Source: a candidate division FCPU426 bacterium (GTDB lineage: Bacteria > Oederibacteriota > Muellerivitia > Muellerivitales > Muellerivitaceae). From it: a DNA stretch of 64,000 nucleotides. The notes below the pieces were generated by a model. It saw nothing but the letters and a program-made list of their open reading frames with translations, made no database searches and was not told where the DNA came from. Positions within the stretch are counted from its first letter, which is position 1. Each line of letters begins with the position of its first letter. Where the stretch lies: contig CAWHOE010000010.1 in assembly GCA_963830915.1 (NCBI GenBank), positions 57,089 to 121,088 of the forward strand, in the 5' to 3' direction. Below, piece by piece: positions 10,637-20,242 of the stretch. The position numbers and the translations under genes are program-made.

Positions 10637-11347
10637 TTAGGATTGGGGAACAGCCGCCATTTTTTTAGAATATCGGCTTAAGACCGGGGCTGCGTCCTTC
10701 AAATGGACCAGGATGTCCTTCATGTTCCAAGAACGGTTATATCGAGGAATGGTGCTACGGTTGAGAATGGCGTTCCTTAAGTCCTCTGGTCGATTTCCCT
10801 CGAATTCCGTATACCCCATCCCGATGAAACGTGAATTGTGGGCATCACTGCAGCCGATGGGCGCAAACGGTGTCATAGCCAACATCTTCATGGCCTTGCG
10901 GTTGCTCCAAAAGGAAAGCGCGTCTCCGTGGTTGATGGTCTCAATACCATCAAACGGAATATCGGGAAATAGTTCGATCGCCTTGGGATGCTTGGAGGAG
11001 GTGCCGGTATAAAGATGGAAAGGATGAGCCAGGATGGCCAGGCCTCCTTGGGCGTGGATAAGCTCGACCGTGCGTTTGGCGGTGAGACGGGGAGGAACGA
11101 AACTTTTGAGGAACAAACCAACCACGTGGCCGTTCAGACTGCTGACTTCTTCTCCCAGAATGACCTGTACACCCAAGTCGGGTCTGCGTTGAGAATATTC
11201 CTGGGCCCGAAAGGCGCCTTCCATGGTGTCGTGGTCGGTGACGGCGATCATCTGAATACCGGCTTTAGAGGCTGCTTTTACGACCAGACGAGGGGTATCT
11301 AGTCCGTCAGAGAAATCGGTGTGAAGATGTAGGTCGGCTTTTCCCAT
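10637..11347 (-). CDS. PHP-domain metal-dependent phosphoesterase
   Basis: DLHLHTDFSDG, AVTDHD, GEEVS, AHPF, CSDAH. Confidence 0.92.
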   Translation of the reverse strand: MGKADLHLHTDFSDGLDTPRLVVKAASKAGIQMIAVTDHDTMEGAFRAQEYSQRRPDLGVQVILGEEVSSLNGHVVGLFLKSFVPPRLTAKRTVELIHAQGGLAILAHPFHLYTGTSSKHPKAIELFPDIPFDGIETINHGDALSFWSNRKAMKMLAMTPFAPIGCSDAHNSRFIGMGYTEFEGNRPEDLRNAILNRSTIPRYNRSWNMKDILVHLKDAAPVLSRYSKKMAAVPQS

Positions 11348-11396
11348 TGGATGGCCTGTAATCTAAAGACTCTCCGTAAGTTTTTGATGATGGATA

Positions 11397-11413
11397 AGTT
11401 AAATCCGGGTTAA
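11397..11413 (-). promoter_or_regulatory. Candidate Pho box upstream of PHP gene
   Basis: Minus strand TTAACC-N5-TTAACT, 11-bp period. Confidence 0.5.
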
Positions 11414-11420
11414 TTAACCA

Positions 11421-11819
11421 CTAAAAGATGGCAGGGGCCTGTTCTCGGAGGTTCTTATTCCTTAACATCAGTTCACGGACCTTCCGACGGATTTTTTCGG
11501 CCATGAAAGGTTTGGAAAAGATAATATCCACCCCCCAATTTAAACTCTCCTCGATGTGTTTGAGGGTGGTGAGATGGGTCACGGCCATGATCGGGATCCG
11601 GTTCGGAAAGATCAACTCCTTAGCCCGGTTGATGAGATCCTTGGCGTTCAAACCGGGGGTGTAAGGATCTAAAATGAGGGTGTCTGGCTGATAAACCGAG
11701 AAAAGGTTGAAGGCCTTGTCCCCTCGGCTGCAATTAAGAACGATGAAATCGTTTGAAAGGCCGTCGTTCATCTCGCGAAGGTCCCGGATATCCCCGTCAA
11801 TGACCATAATCTTTTCCAT
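11421..11819 (-). CDS. Single-domain response regulator receiver (somewhat atypical)
   Basis: IMVIDGD, PDTLILD, IPIMAVT, SKPF. Confidence 0.8.
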   Translation of the reverse strand: MEKIMVIDGDIRDLREMNDGLSNDFIVLNCSRGDKAFNLFSVYQPDTLILDPYTPGLNAKDLINRAKELIFPNRIPIMAVTHLTTLKHIEESLNWGVDIIFSKPFMAEKIRRKVRELMLRNKNLREQAPAIF

Positions 11820-11877
11820 GATGGAAGTCTCCTTGTTGATTTGAAGGGCTGAGAATAAGATGACAAAGAGAGCTTTG

Positions 11878-11905
11878 GTTCAAGGATCGGTAAATAACGG
11901 GTTAA
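11878..11905 (-). promoter_or_regulatory. Candidate triple Pho box upstream of receiver gene
   Basis: Minus strand TTAACC-N5-TTTACC-N5-TTGAAC, 11-bp period. Confidence 0.5.
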
Positions 11906-11953
11906 TCTTAGGAACGGCTCAGGGAAATCGAATCCTTGGGAAACCTGGGGGGT

Positions 11954-11997
11954 TTAACAAGGTTTTTACAGCATTGTTTTGACACCCTAACTATAAT
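11954..11997 (+). promoter_or_regulatory. phoPR promoter: Pho box plus -10 element
   Basis: TTAACA (11954)-N5-TTTACA (11965) next to and overlapping the expected -35 position, TATAAT at 11992. Confidence 0.6.
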
Positions 11998-12060
11998 CCC
12001 TGGGGTCAAAGTAAAATCAAACCACTACCCCTGGAAGAAAAGGTATGCGGAAAGGTTCGT

Positions 12061-12744
12061 ATGAAACAGATATTTGTGGTCGAGGATGAAAAGGACCTGG
12101 TTGAGTTATTGACCTATAACCTTGAAAAGGACGGTTATCGAGTCCTGTCCGAGATGGACGGGGAAACAGCCATGAAAAAGATTCCCGAGAAGATGCCGGA
12201 TCTGGTTCTCCTGGACCTGATGCTCCCCAAGGCCGACGGCTTGACCGTTTGCAAGACCCTGAAATCCAATCCCAAGACCGCCCATATTCCGGTGGTGATG
12301 TTGACCGCCAAGGGCGAGGAGTCGGACAAGATTGTGGGGCTGGAATTGGGAGCGGATGACTACATGACCAAGCCTTTTTCGGTCAAGGAACTGCTGGCCC
12401 GGGTCCGGGCGGTTCTCCGCCGGTTCTCCAAATCCCAGGAAGGCGAGCCGATCCAGAAGTTCAAGGACCTGACCTTGAACCGCACCAAGCATGAGGTGGT
12501 CCTGAAGAGCCAGAAACTGGACCTGACGGCCAAGGAATTCGAACTATTGGATTATTTCCTGACCCATTCAGGGAGGGTCCTGTCCCGGGACGTGCTCCTG
12601 AACAACGTCTGGGGTTACGATTATTTCGGCACGACCCGAACGGTGGATGTCCATGTGCGTCGTTTAAGGGAAAAGTTGGGAAACTACGATAAGCACATCC
12701 AGACGGTCAAGGGTTATGGCTACCTTTTCAAGGAAGATGCCTGA
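12061..12744 (+). CDS. phoP: OmpR-family response regulator PhoP/PhoB
   Basis: VVEDE, LLDLMLP, GLELGADDYMTKPFS, VWGYDYFGTTRTVDVHVRRLREKL, and phosphate gene context. Confidence 0.88.
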   Translation: MKQIFVVEDEKDLVELLTYNLEKDGYRVLSEMDGETAMKKIPEKMPDLVLLDLMLPKADGLTVCKTLKSNPKTAHIPVVMLTAKGEESDKIVGLELGADDYMTKPFSVKELLARVRAVLRRFSKSQEGEPIQKFKDLTLNRTKHEVVLKSQKLDLTAKEFELLDYFLTHSGRVLSRDVLLNNVWGYDYFGTTRTVDVHVRRLREKLGNYDKHIQTVKGYGYLFKEDA

Positions 12745-12765
12745 TTTTTCCTGTATCATTCCCCT

Positions 12766-14079
12766 ATGAGATCTAATTCCAGGGTCCTTTGGGCCATTGT
12801 CATTCTTTTCCTTCTTTTCATCTTCTTTTTATCCGGGCTCAACGTGGTGGCCTGGCGAGAAGCGGTCGCCTTCACGGCGGGCGTCCTCTTGGTCCTGGGC
12901 CTGTCCCGCATCTTGACGCCCGATAGTCCCATCTGGGAAAAGACATCCCTGGCCTCCGTACCCGAGCCTTCAGTGTTGGTCGAGGACGACCGTTCTATCT
13001 TCATCCCGGGGCGCAATTTTGAGGAGATGCTCGACAGGCTCGGTTCCCAGGAGTCCATGCTCAACGTGGTCCTTAACAGCATGGGGGAAGGCGTCTTGCT
13101 CCTGAACCAGGCCGATCGCGTGGTCCTGATGAACCCCTCCGCCCAGAAGATTCTGGGTCTCTCGGAAAAAGACGGGGTCTCCAAGCATTACCTGGAAGTG
13201 GTCCGCAACCCAGTCCTAGCGGATCTATTGACCCAGTCCAAAAAAGAGGGAAATGCCAGTGGGGAGTTCGAGATGTCGGGACGTGAAGAAAGACATTTCG
13301 CCCTCAGCGCGGCCGCTATCCGGGTGGACGGAGGGACTTTGTTGGGACAGATCGTGGTCTTCTCCGATATCACGTCCATCAAAAAGCTTATGAGGATGCG
13401 TACCGAGTTCGTGGCCAACGTCTCTCACGAGCTCAAGACCCCCCTAACCGCCATTCTGGGATACGTGGAAACCCTCTTGGAAGGGGCCATCGACGACAAG
13501 AAAAATCGCGTCCAATTCCTGGGGAAGATTTCGGACCAGGCCCAACGCTTGAACGCCCTCATCACGGACGTTCTGGAACTCTCCAAGATCGAGAGTGGGA
13601 CCTATGTTTCCTCCCTGGAATTGGTGGACGCCTCCGAGGTGGCGGGACAGGCGTTGGAACTTTTGAAGGCCAAGGCGGAGGCCAAGGAAATCACTTTCGA
13701 CCAACAGATACCGGCCGGATGCGAGGTTACTGCTCATCGGGAAGGCTTGTTCCATGTCTTCGAGAACCTGCTGGATAACGCCGTAAAATACTCCCCAAGA
13801 AAGACGGTCATTCGACTGGCTTCAAAAACTCGGGAAGACGGGCGTATGGAATTGTCGGTGGAGGATCAAGGGCCAGGAATCCCCAAGGAGGTCCAGAACC
13901 GGGTTTTCGAGAGGTTCTTCCGGGTGGACGTGTCCCGAAGCCGGGAGGCTGGAGGCACAGGCCTGGGATTGGCCATCGTTAAACATCTGATGGATAAGAT
14001 GCGTGGAGAGGTAGCCCTGACAAGTGAAGAAGGTAAAGGGAGCGTCTTTACCCTCATTCTTCCCAAGCCTTCGATTTAA
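12766..14079 (+). CDS. phoR: Sensor histidine kinase PhoR (TM, PAS, HisKA, HATPase)
   Basis: EFVANVSHELKTPLT, NLLDNAVKYS, DQGPGI, FERFFRVDVSRSR, GGTGLGLAIVKH. Confidence 0.9.
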   Translation: MRSNSRVLWAIVILFLLFIFFLSGLNVVAWREAVAFTAGVLLVLGLSRILTPDSPIWEKTSLASVPEPSVLVEDDRSIFIPGRNFEEMLDRLGSQESMLNVVLNSMGEGVLLLNQADRVVLMNPSAQKILGLSEKDGVSKHYLEVVRNPVLADLLTQSKKEGNASGEFEMSGREERHFALSAAAIRVDGGTLLGQIVVFSDITSIKKLMRMRTEFVANVSHELKTPLTAILGYVETLLEGAIDDKKNRVQFLGKISDQAQRLNALITDVLELSKIESGTYVSSLELVDASEVAGQALELLKAKAEAKEITFDQQIPAGCEVTAHREGLFHVFENLLDNAVKYSPRKTVIRLASKTREDGRMELSVEDQGPGIPKEVQNRVFERFFRVDVSRSREAGGTGLGLAIVKHLMDKMRGEVALTSEEGKGSVFTLILPKPSI

Positions 14080-14115
14080 TCCCACCCTCTTAAAAAAAGG
14101 CCAACCCCGCCGTAT

Positions 14116-14937
14116 TCAACCAATCGTAGTGCTTTTTTCCTGGGCTGGGGGTTTCTGGAACGCCGGTTCAATGCTTTTATCTGGATTAGCCACTGGTTCT
14201 TTGGCGGTCGATGTTTCCTTCGGAACTGAAGGTGTGCGGTCCGCCAGATTGGCGGCCAGGATTTTCTCCACTCTACCTCTTATTTCCCTGGCGACCGAGA
14301 CGGGAGATCGGCTTCCTTGGATAGTATAGAACCCATATTCCTTGCCCAGAGTCTCGAAAATCTTGTGCAAACGCCCCTGGTACTTTATGAAGTTGTCGTA
14401 CATGCCACCCACCCGCTGGATATCCATTCCCGATTCCCAATAGTCCAGCATACCGCTCTTGCTGAAATGGCGTTCAGCCAGGATCTTGGGACTGACGTTC
14501 AGGTAGAAGATGGCGTCCGGCACCAAGGCGAACCCATAGATCTCCCTCAGCCAATCCATGGAGGACCCGCGCACGATATCCCGGGCCATCATGGTGTAGA
14601 TGTAACGGTCCGCCAGGACGACGAAACCCGCCTTCAGGGCTGGGATGATGACCCTTTCCAGTTGGTCGGCGAAATCGGTTGCGTAGAAGAGGTTCAGGGT
14701 GATGGCGTTAAGGGTGTTACCCCTCATGGCCTCGGCCAAAGCCTCTCCGACAAGTTCGGAACGTTTCAAACCCACCTGCACGGTGGGGTATCCTTTGCGC
14801 TCCAGCCAGTTCAACAGATAGCTGCTCTGGGTGGAACGGCCCGATCCATCCGATCCCTCGATGACGATGAGGGTCCCTTTCAGGTTGGAGGGATCAATCC
14901 CCGGCAAGCCTTTTCCATAGAATCGTTTGGTTTTCAT
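14116..14937 (-). CDS. Thymidylate kinase-like protein, second of tandem pair (variant P-loop)
   Basis: IEGSDGSGRST, ATDFAD, LADRYIYT, ESGMD. 4-bp ATGA overlap with upstream paralog. Confidence 0.85.
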   Translation of the reverse strand: MKTKRFYGKGLPGIDPSNLKGTLIVIEGSDGSGRSTQSSYLLNWLERKGYPTVQVGLKRSELVGEALAEAMRGNTLNAITLNLFYATDFADQLERVIIPALKAGFVVLADRYIYTMMARDIVRGSSMDWLREIYGFALVPDAIFYLNVSPKILAERHFSKSGMLDYWESGMDIQRVGGMYDNFIKYQGRLHKIFETLGKEYGFYTIQGSRSPVSVAREIRGRVEKILAANLADRTPSVPKETSTAKEPVANPDKSIEPAFQKPPAQEKSTTIG

Positions 14938-15629
14938 GGTCTCACTCCCCGTGCCTTAAGTTTGTATTTTTTTAGGTCGATACGTTTCTTGACGATATCC
15001 CTCATAGCGGCCTGCTGTTCCTCTGAGGGGAGAGTGGCGGCAATGCGCTCGAAAGGGAACTCCTTGCTGATGCGGCCGTATTCCTCATAGATCTTCCCTT
15101 GGAAGATCCGGAAGGACTCATAAGGGTCCTTGGAAAAATTCATATCCATTCCGGCCTCATGGTACTTCAGCTGAGGCCGGCCCTCCAGGATTCGGTTTAA
15201 GGCCACCTCCAGAGGGACGTCAAAATAAAAGGTGATGTCGGGCTTGCGGGCGAAGCGGTAAAGTTTTCTCAGCCAGTCCCGGTCGCATCCCCGGACCGCG
15301 TCCCGTGCGAAGGCGGTGTAGACGTAGCGATCGGCCAGAACGATATAGCCACCCTTCAACAGTGGAAGGATCTGGCGCTCATAGCGGTCCGCGAAATCGG
15401 TGGCATGGATAAGGGAAAAAGTGGTGGGCGTTAGCAATTTTTTCTTCTTCCCCTTGCGGGTGGCTTTCTTGACTAGGTCTGATGAATTCCACTCGGTAAA
15501 GAACACCTTATAACCTTCCAGTTCCAACCAGCGTTTCAACAACCGGATGTGGGTGGACTTGCCTGAGCCGTCCAGCCCTTCCACGGCGATCAATCGACCA
15601 TCCAGTTCCTTGGTTTTCATCGGCGTCAT
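14934..15629 (-). CDS. Thymidylate kinase-like protein, first of tandem pair
   Basis: VEGLDGSGKST, ATDFADRYE, LADRYVYT, EAGMD, AAGGAG RBS. Confidence 0.88.
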   Translation of the reverse strand: MTPMKTKELDGRLIAVEGLDGSGKSTHIRLLKRWLELEGYKVFFTEWNSSDLVKKATRKGKKKKLLTPTTFSLIHATDFADRYERQILPLLKGGYIVLADRYVYTAFARDAVRGCDRDWLRKLYRFARKPDITFYFDVPLEVALNRILEGRPQLKYHEAGMDMNFSKDPYESFRIFQGKIYEEYGRISKEFPFERIAATLPSEEQQAAMRDIVKKRIDLKKYKLKARGVRP

Positions 15630-15685
15630 AGTGCTTCGCTCCTTTTTTTGTCTTTCAATCTAAAAGTTTTTTCCAACGGTTTGTG

Positions 15686-17197
15686 TTAGTTACGCACCGA
15701 GAACTTTACCTTGAAGGTTTTCTCGAACAGGTCGCATTTCTTCATCAGAGCCCATTTTTCCAACAACATGTCGCCCCGGCCTATGAGTTTTATGGAGAAT
15801 TGGGGCCTCTTGTATTGGATGTTGAACCCCTGGACATTGGAGGAGTGGTCGTGATCCATGGCGTCGGCGATCCTCAGGATGGCCGCTAGTTTGGAAACGA
15901 TGATCTTTTCCTTGGGACCAAGGACTCTATAGTTCTCGTGGACGGTCCTGGGGATGGCCTTGCGATGGTACCGGGCGATATTGGCTATCATCTCGATCTG
16001 GTTCTGGTTCAGCCCAATCAGGGGAGCTGCCTTGATCAAATAATAGGAATGTTTGTGATGGGCCGCGTAGCTCACGAACTGGCCGATGTCGTGGAGCAAG
16101 GCGGCCGATTCCAGGAGCAAGATATGCTCGTCCCCCAGACGGTGGAAGGTCCTTGTCTTCCGGAAAAGGTCCAAGGCCAGACGGGTAACGGTGTGGGCGT
16201 GCTGACCGTCGTAGGAATACTTCAAACCGGTTTGGAGCAGGGACCCCATCACGTCATCCCGATGCAGGGCTGGTTTGCCGGTCAACAGCTCAGAGACCAT
16301 GTCGATGAGCAGACCTTCTTTCACACCCACGTTGGGTATATAGACACGGCTGATACGGCCCACTTCCATGATCTTTTGGAGGACGATAGCGGCCGGTAGG
16401 ATAACATCCGCCCGATCTGGGCGAAGTCCCAAACGGGTTATGCGCTCGTCGAAAGTAAGCTTTTTCAGACGTTTCAGGATCGAATCCAATTCCAGGCGGG
16501 TCATGAAAAGGTCTTCGGCTTTGTGAAGTAGCTGTTCTTTCAGCGCTAGGAGTGCGTCCAGATTGCCGCCCGTTCCAACGCAGATATTCACCTTTTGTTT
16601 GGCTAGCTTTTGATTGAAACGCTTTCTCGCCGCCTCGGCGTATTCCTGGACCATCTGGTTAAACTTTTTTTCGCCGACTTTTTCCTGTTCCAGGACTTGC
16701 AGGAGCCTCACCGCCCCCATCTGGAAACTCTCGGTGGCCAGGATCTTGCTGTTACGGGCCAGGGTAATCTCCACGCTTCCGCCCCCGATATCTACCAGCA
16801 TGGCGGTTTTGTTCTCCAGGGGTATCTTCTTGGAGACGGCCAGGTAGACCAGCAGGGCTTCCTCTTCGGAATTGATAGGGGTCAATTCGATGCCGGTGGC
16901 CTGATAGATCTTCTTGATGAAGATATCCCGGTTCCTGGATTCCCTCACCGCGCTGGTGGCCACCGCCCTGGTCTTGACGACCTGATGCTGTTCGATGACT
17001 TCTTTGAAACGCAGGAAAGCCTGGATGGCTTTGCGGGTATTTTCTTTGGAGATCGATCCCCGGGTAAAGACATCCTGTCCCAGGCGGACCGGCTCTCTCA
17101 TGTCCTCGACGATATGGAGCTTTCGGGTATGGTCCATGAAACCGATGGCCATTCTCATGGCGTTGGAACCCACGTCGATGGCGCATAAAGTTGGCAT
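15686..17197 (-). CDS. ppx: Exopolyphosphatase Ppx/GppA with C-terminal HD domain
   Basis: IDVGSNAMR, ATSAVRE, EEA, DIGGGSVE, GAVRL, DRADVI, LLHDIG, HHKHS, ARYHR. Confidence 0.93.
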   Translation of the reverse strand: MPTLCAIDVGSNAMRMAIGFMDHTRKLHIVEDMREPVRLGQDVFTRGSISKENTRKAIQAFLRFKEVIEQHQVVKTRAVATSAVRESRNRDIFIKKIYQATGIELTPINSEEEALLVYLAVSKKIPLENKTAMLVDIGGGSVEITLARNSKILATESFQMGAVRLLQVLEQEKVGEKKFNQMVQEYAEAARKRFNQKLAKQKVNICVGTGGNLDALLALKEQLLHKAEDLFMTRLELDSILKRLKKLTFDERITRLGLRPDRADVILPAAIVLQKIMEVGRISRVYIPNVGVKEGLLIDMVSELLTGKPALHRDDVMGSLLQTGLKYSYDGQHAHTVTRLALDLFRKTRTFHRLGDEHILLLESAALLHDIGQFVSYAAHHKHSYYLIKAAPLIGLNQNQIEMIANIARYHRKAIPRTVHENYRVLGPKEKIIVSKLAAILRIADAMDHDHSSNVQGFNIQYKRPQFSIKLIGRGDMLLEKWALMKKCDLFEKTFKVKFSVRN

Positions 17198-17428
17198 ACC
17201 AAGGCCTCAGTGTGTCAGCGTTGATGTCCCCAAGCACGGAATAAATGAAAACGCGGGATGAAACGTTCATTGGTTTCAGATGGCTTTTGGGCTCTACCGC
17301 GGCTTCTTATAAGAAGAGGGAACAGGTTGTAGATTTTATGGCTTTTGACCGGCCAAATCATGACTTTTAATGTTAAATAATCGGCTCTAACCCCAATAAA
17401 TGCGCAATATATTGGAGTTTCCGACCCA

Positions 17429-17456
17429 TTAAACCCCCATTAACCTCACCGAAACA
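17429..17456 (+). promoter_or_regulatory. Candidate Pho box upstream of PAP2 gene
   Basis: TTAAAC-N5-TTAACC-N5-GAAACA, 11-bp period. Confidence 0.45.
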
Positions 17457-17491
17457 GTGTAAGTATAGCCTTCAACCATCAAAACATAGGA

Positions 17492-18034
17492 ATGGGAATG
17501 GTTCAGGCATTTTTTCAACAAGTCAATCGTTGGGACACCCGGATGTTCGGATGGATCTTCGGCGACGTCGAACGGAAATCCCTGAAAAGGTTATTCACGC
17601 TATTGTCCCGGAGCGCTGACAGTTACTCCTGCGCCGTCTTGGGCCTGATTTGGTCCCTAGTCCAACCGGAAGCTATCCGGTTTATCACTGGAACGCTTTT
17701 GGCTTTCGTGCTGGAACTGACTCTTTATTACCTGGTCAAGAAAAACATTCGCCGTCCCAGACCCTATCGAAAATTGGAGAGCGTGCAAAATCTTATTGTT
17801 CCACCGGACGAATTCAGTTTTCCCTCGGGTCATACCGCAGCCGCTTTCCTGATGGCGGTTATGTTGACCACGGCCTGTCCCGCTCTCCTTCTCCTGGTTT
17901 TTACCTGGGCGGTTTTGGTGGGATTTTCCCGAGTGTATTTAGGGGTTCATTATCCAACCGATGTGTTGGCTGGTTGCGTCCTGGGTCTGGTCTCGGCGCA
18001 AGCCGGGTTATGGATGGTCGGTTTCATTTCCTGA
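17492..18034 (+). CDS. PAP2-family membrane phosphatase
   Basis: KKNIRRPRP, SFPSGH, SRVYLGVHYPTDV. Confidence 0.93.
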   Translation: MGMVQAFFQQVNRWDTRMFGWIFGDVERKSLKRLFTLLSRSADSYSCAVLGLIWSLVQPEAIRFITGTLLAFVLELTLYYLVKKNIRRPRPYRKLESVQNLIVPPDEFSFPSGHTAAAFLMAVMLTTACPALLLLVFTWAVLVGFSRVYLGVHYPTDVLAGCVLGLVSAQAGLWMVGFIS

Positions 18035-18120
18035 TCCCGCCAATGCTTTTTCGTAAGCCATTCGACACTCGCGTGGTCCTGGTAACGTCATAACCAAATC
18101 TAAAGAGAAGGGGATTTATT

Positions 18121-18309
18121 ATGAAGAGAGCGTCACGTAACGTTTTGCCCGTTCCCAAAAGGACATCTCGGAAGAAACGAAAGACCGAATCCCACGTCCT
18201 GATGTTCCGGAGCTTGAAAAAACAATTGTTCGGCCATCCCCAGAAAAAATCCTTGGATCTTTTGGATCAATGGATACTCAAGAAACGGATGATGAGTTTG
18301 TTTTTCTAA
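18121..18309 (+). CDS. Small basic hypothetical protein
   Basis: 62-aa ORF with GAAGGGG RBS filling an otherwise empty gap. No family recognised. Confidence 0.4.
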   Translation: MKRASRNVLPVPKRTSRKKRKTESHVLMFRSLKKQLFGHPQKKSLDLLDQWILKKRMMSLFF

Positions 18310-18324
18310 ATGGAACAAATTCTT

Positions 18325-19440
18325 TTAACGGAGCACCACTAGTCTCGACTCGTGCACCGACCACCTTGTCGAGTAGTGGATGACATAAACCCCGCTGGCC
18401 ACTGGTTGCCCCACCGTATTCCTTCCGTCCCAAGAAATATTCTCGGTCCCTGCCGGTTGGGTAGAAGTGTCCCTTAGGGTCCGTACCTTTTCCCCGGCGC
18501 TGTTGTAAACAAAGACCTGATAAAAACCCGCTACGCAAAGGCTGGCTTGGATATTCAGCTCGGTGGGCCCGGAAAAATGGTAAATATTTTGGGATAAGTG
18601 AAGTTGGTCCTGGCAATTAGGGGCGATGACCCCAGGGGTAGGTGTGGGAGTGATAGTAGGGGAGGGGGTCGGTGTCGGGGTAATGGGGCAAGTCAGGATG
18701 CGGGCGTATTGAAGCTCCACCCCTCCTCCTGTGCCTCCGGTGAATCCCCAGTAAACCATAGGGTTACCCCCGAAAATCAAATTGACGATATTTTTCGTAT
18801 AAGTGATCCGTAAAAGGCCGTCGAAGGAGATGGTCATGGTGGTGGTCGAGGCGTTCCAGGCGATCTCAAGGGTATGCTCAACCCCATCCTTCATAGTGGC
18901 CTCGGAAGGGAAAGCGGCTACTGCCGCCGCGCCATTATGGTTCAGGGCCCCGTTCTCGTCCACGCCCAGGTGGTCGTAGGGAGGGTCCATAATGACGGCA
19001 TCGGCGTTGGAATGGGTATCCATTTCCACCGCCACCGATGGACTGATGGGCGGTGTGGCGCCACACATGAAACTGCCGAATCCCAATGCCCCGCCCGCGC
19101 AACCAAGAGCCGTTAAACCCTCGGATTGAAGGACGAATGCCATACCGTCCGAACCGGATGGGTCGCTTCCCAGGAATACCTTGAAGCTCATGTCGAAGTT
19201 CTTGCTCAGGTCAAGGGGGGTAGCGTCCCAAGCGGCTCCGGCCTGTCCCACAATCGGTTGGGTCACGGTCACCGAAGCGTCCGATCCCAGGGCCGAACCA
19301 TTCAAAACCCAGGAAATGGGACAGCCGCTAGAGGGGGTGGGCGTGTTCGTGGGGGACAAACCGAAAGATGGTATGGTCCATAGAAATAAAGAGAAAATTA
19401 GAAGAAAAGTATAAAGCGCTTTATATGAAACGGTATTCAT
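18325..19440 (-). CDS. Secreted L-type (legume-like) lectin domain protein with Thr/Pro linker and FlgD-Ig-like CTD
   Basis: Signal peptide, WVLNGSA, GQAGAAW, GSDGMAFVLQ, SVAVEMDT, YWGFTGGTG. CTD VYNSAGEKVRTL...WDGRN...VASGVY...RLVVLR. Confidence 0.87.
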   Translation of the reverse strand: MNTVSYKALYTFLLIFSLFLWTIPSFGLSPTNTPTPSSGCPISWVLNGSALGSDASVTVTQPIVGQAGAAWDATPLDLSKNFDMSFKVFLGSDPSGSDGMAFVLQSEGLTALGCAGGALGFGSFMCGATPPISPSVAVEMDTHSNADAVIMDPPYDHLGVDENGALNHNGAAAVAAFPSEATMKDGVEHTLEIAWNASTTTMTISFDGLLRITYTKNIVNLIFGGNPMVYWGFTGGTGGGVELQYARILTCPITPTPTPSPTITPTPTPGVIAPNCQDQLHLSQNIYHFSGPTELNIQASLCVAGFYQVFVYNSAGEKVRTLRDTSTQPAGTENISWDGRNTVGQPVASGVYVIHYSTRWSVHESRLVVLR

Positions 19441-19628
19441 TCAAATTTTCCTGGCTGAAAACACAATTTTGAAGATGGAACGTCTAATCTCTATATAAAT
19501 ATATCAAAGGTTGGAAATATTAGCCGAGTTTGTCCAATTTTTAAATGGGCGGGAAAAGATCGAAGGGTTATTGGGATGGTAATATAATATGGAAAACAAG
19601 GTTTTTATAAGACCTGGTTGAAAAGGGA

Positions 19629-20018
19629 ATGTACATGGAAGATCTGAAAATGAAAACCATCCTTTATAATTTCAAAAAGTCACCCAATGAGAATCCTAAG
19701 ATCAAACCCTATTGCCTGTCCATCAAGCATCTTTCTGAAATGAGCTGGATGAAGGAATCGCTCATCAAGGCGGCGCTGACCTCTATGAAAGCGGGCGGGT
19801 TGGTCGATTTCACCTTTCCCGCCGACCATGCTTACCTGACCCCTGGAGGACTGAAGGCTATGGGCCAGATGACGGTGGATGATTTTAAACATGTGGAAGC
19901 CCAAAGGCTCGAAAGATCCATCGCCCATACTGCTGCCAAGGAAAAATACGCCCTGTCCCATGGCATCGACCCGAAGACCATGCGCTATGGTTTTGAGGAT
20001 AAGTACGCTGAAGATTGA
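19629..20018 (+). CDS. Hypothetical protein, possible winged-helix DNA-binding domain
   Basis: SIKHLSEM...IKAALTSMKAGGLV...AYLTPGG resembles an HTH plus MarR-type wing. Upstream TATAAT at 19583. Confidence 0.55.
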   Translation: MYMEDLKMKTILYNFKKSPNENPKIKPYCLSIKHLSEMSWMKESLIKAALTSMKAGGLVDFTFPADHAYLTPGGLKAMGQMTVDDFKHVEAQRLERSIAHTAAKEKYALSHGIDPKTMRYGFEDKYAED

Positions 20019-20242
20019 TCCATTTTTCAGTTATTGTTCAACCCTTGATCTGATCCACCATCTTTCAAAAATCCCTTTGAAAATTGAAAACGATTGAAGG
20101 ATGGATGTTTTCCTAGACGGGCTACGGACGGAAAATCGGCTCCCTGTCTTCCAATTGGCGGTTTTTTGAGGTTTAATCAGGCCGGCAATTGTTGAAATTA
20201 TTGTTCCGGATCAATTCTTGTAAATTCATTCATGGTGTGGAA

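Noticed and set aside
14116..15629. Assigning gene symbol tmk
   Set aside because: Tandem paralogs, variant P-loop and ppx/pho context argue against confidently calling either the housekeeping dTMP kinase
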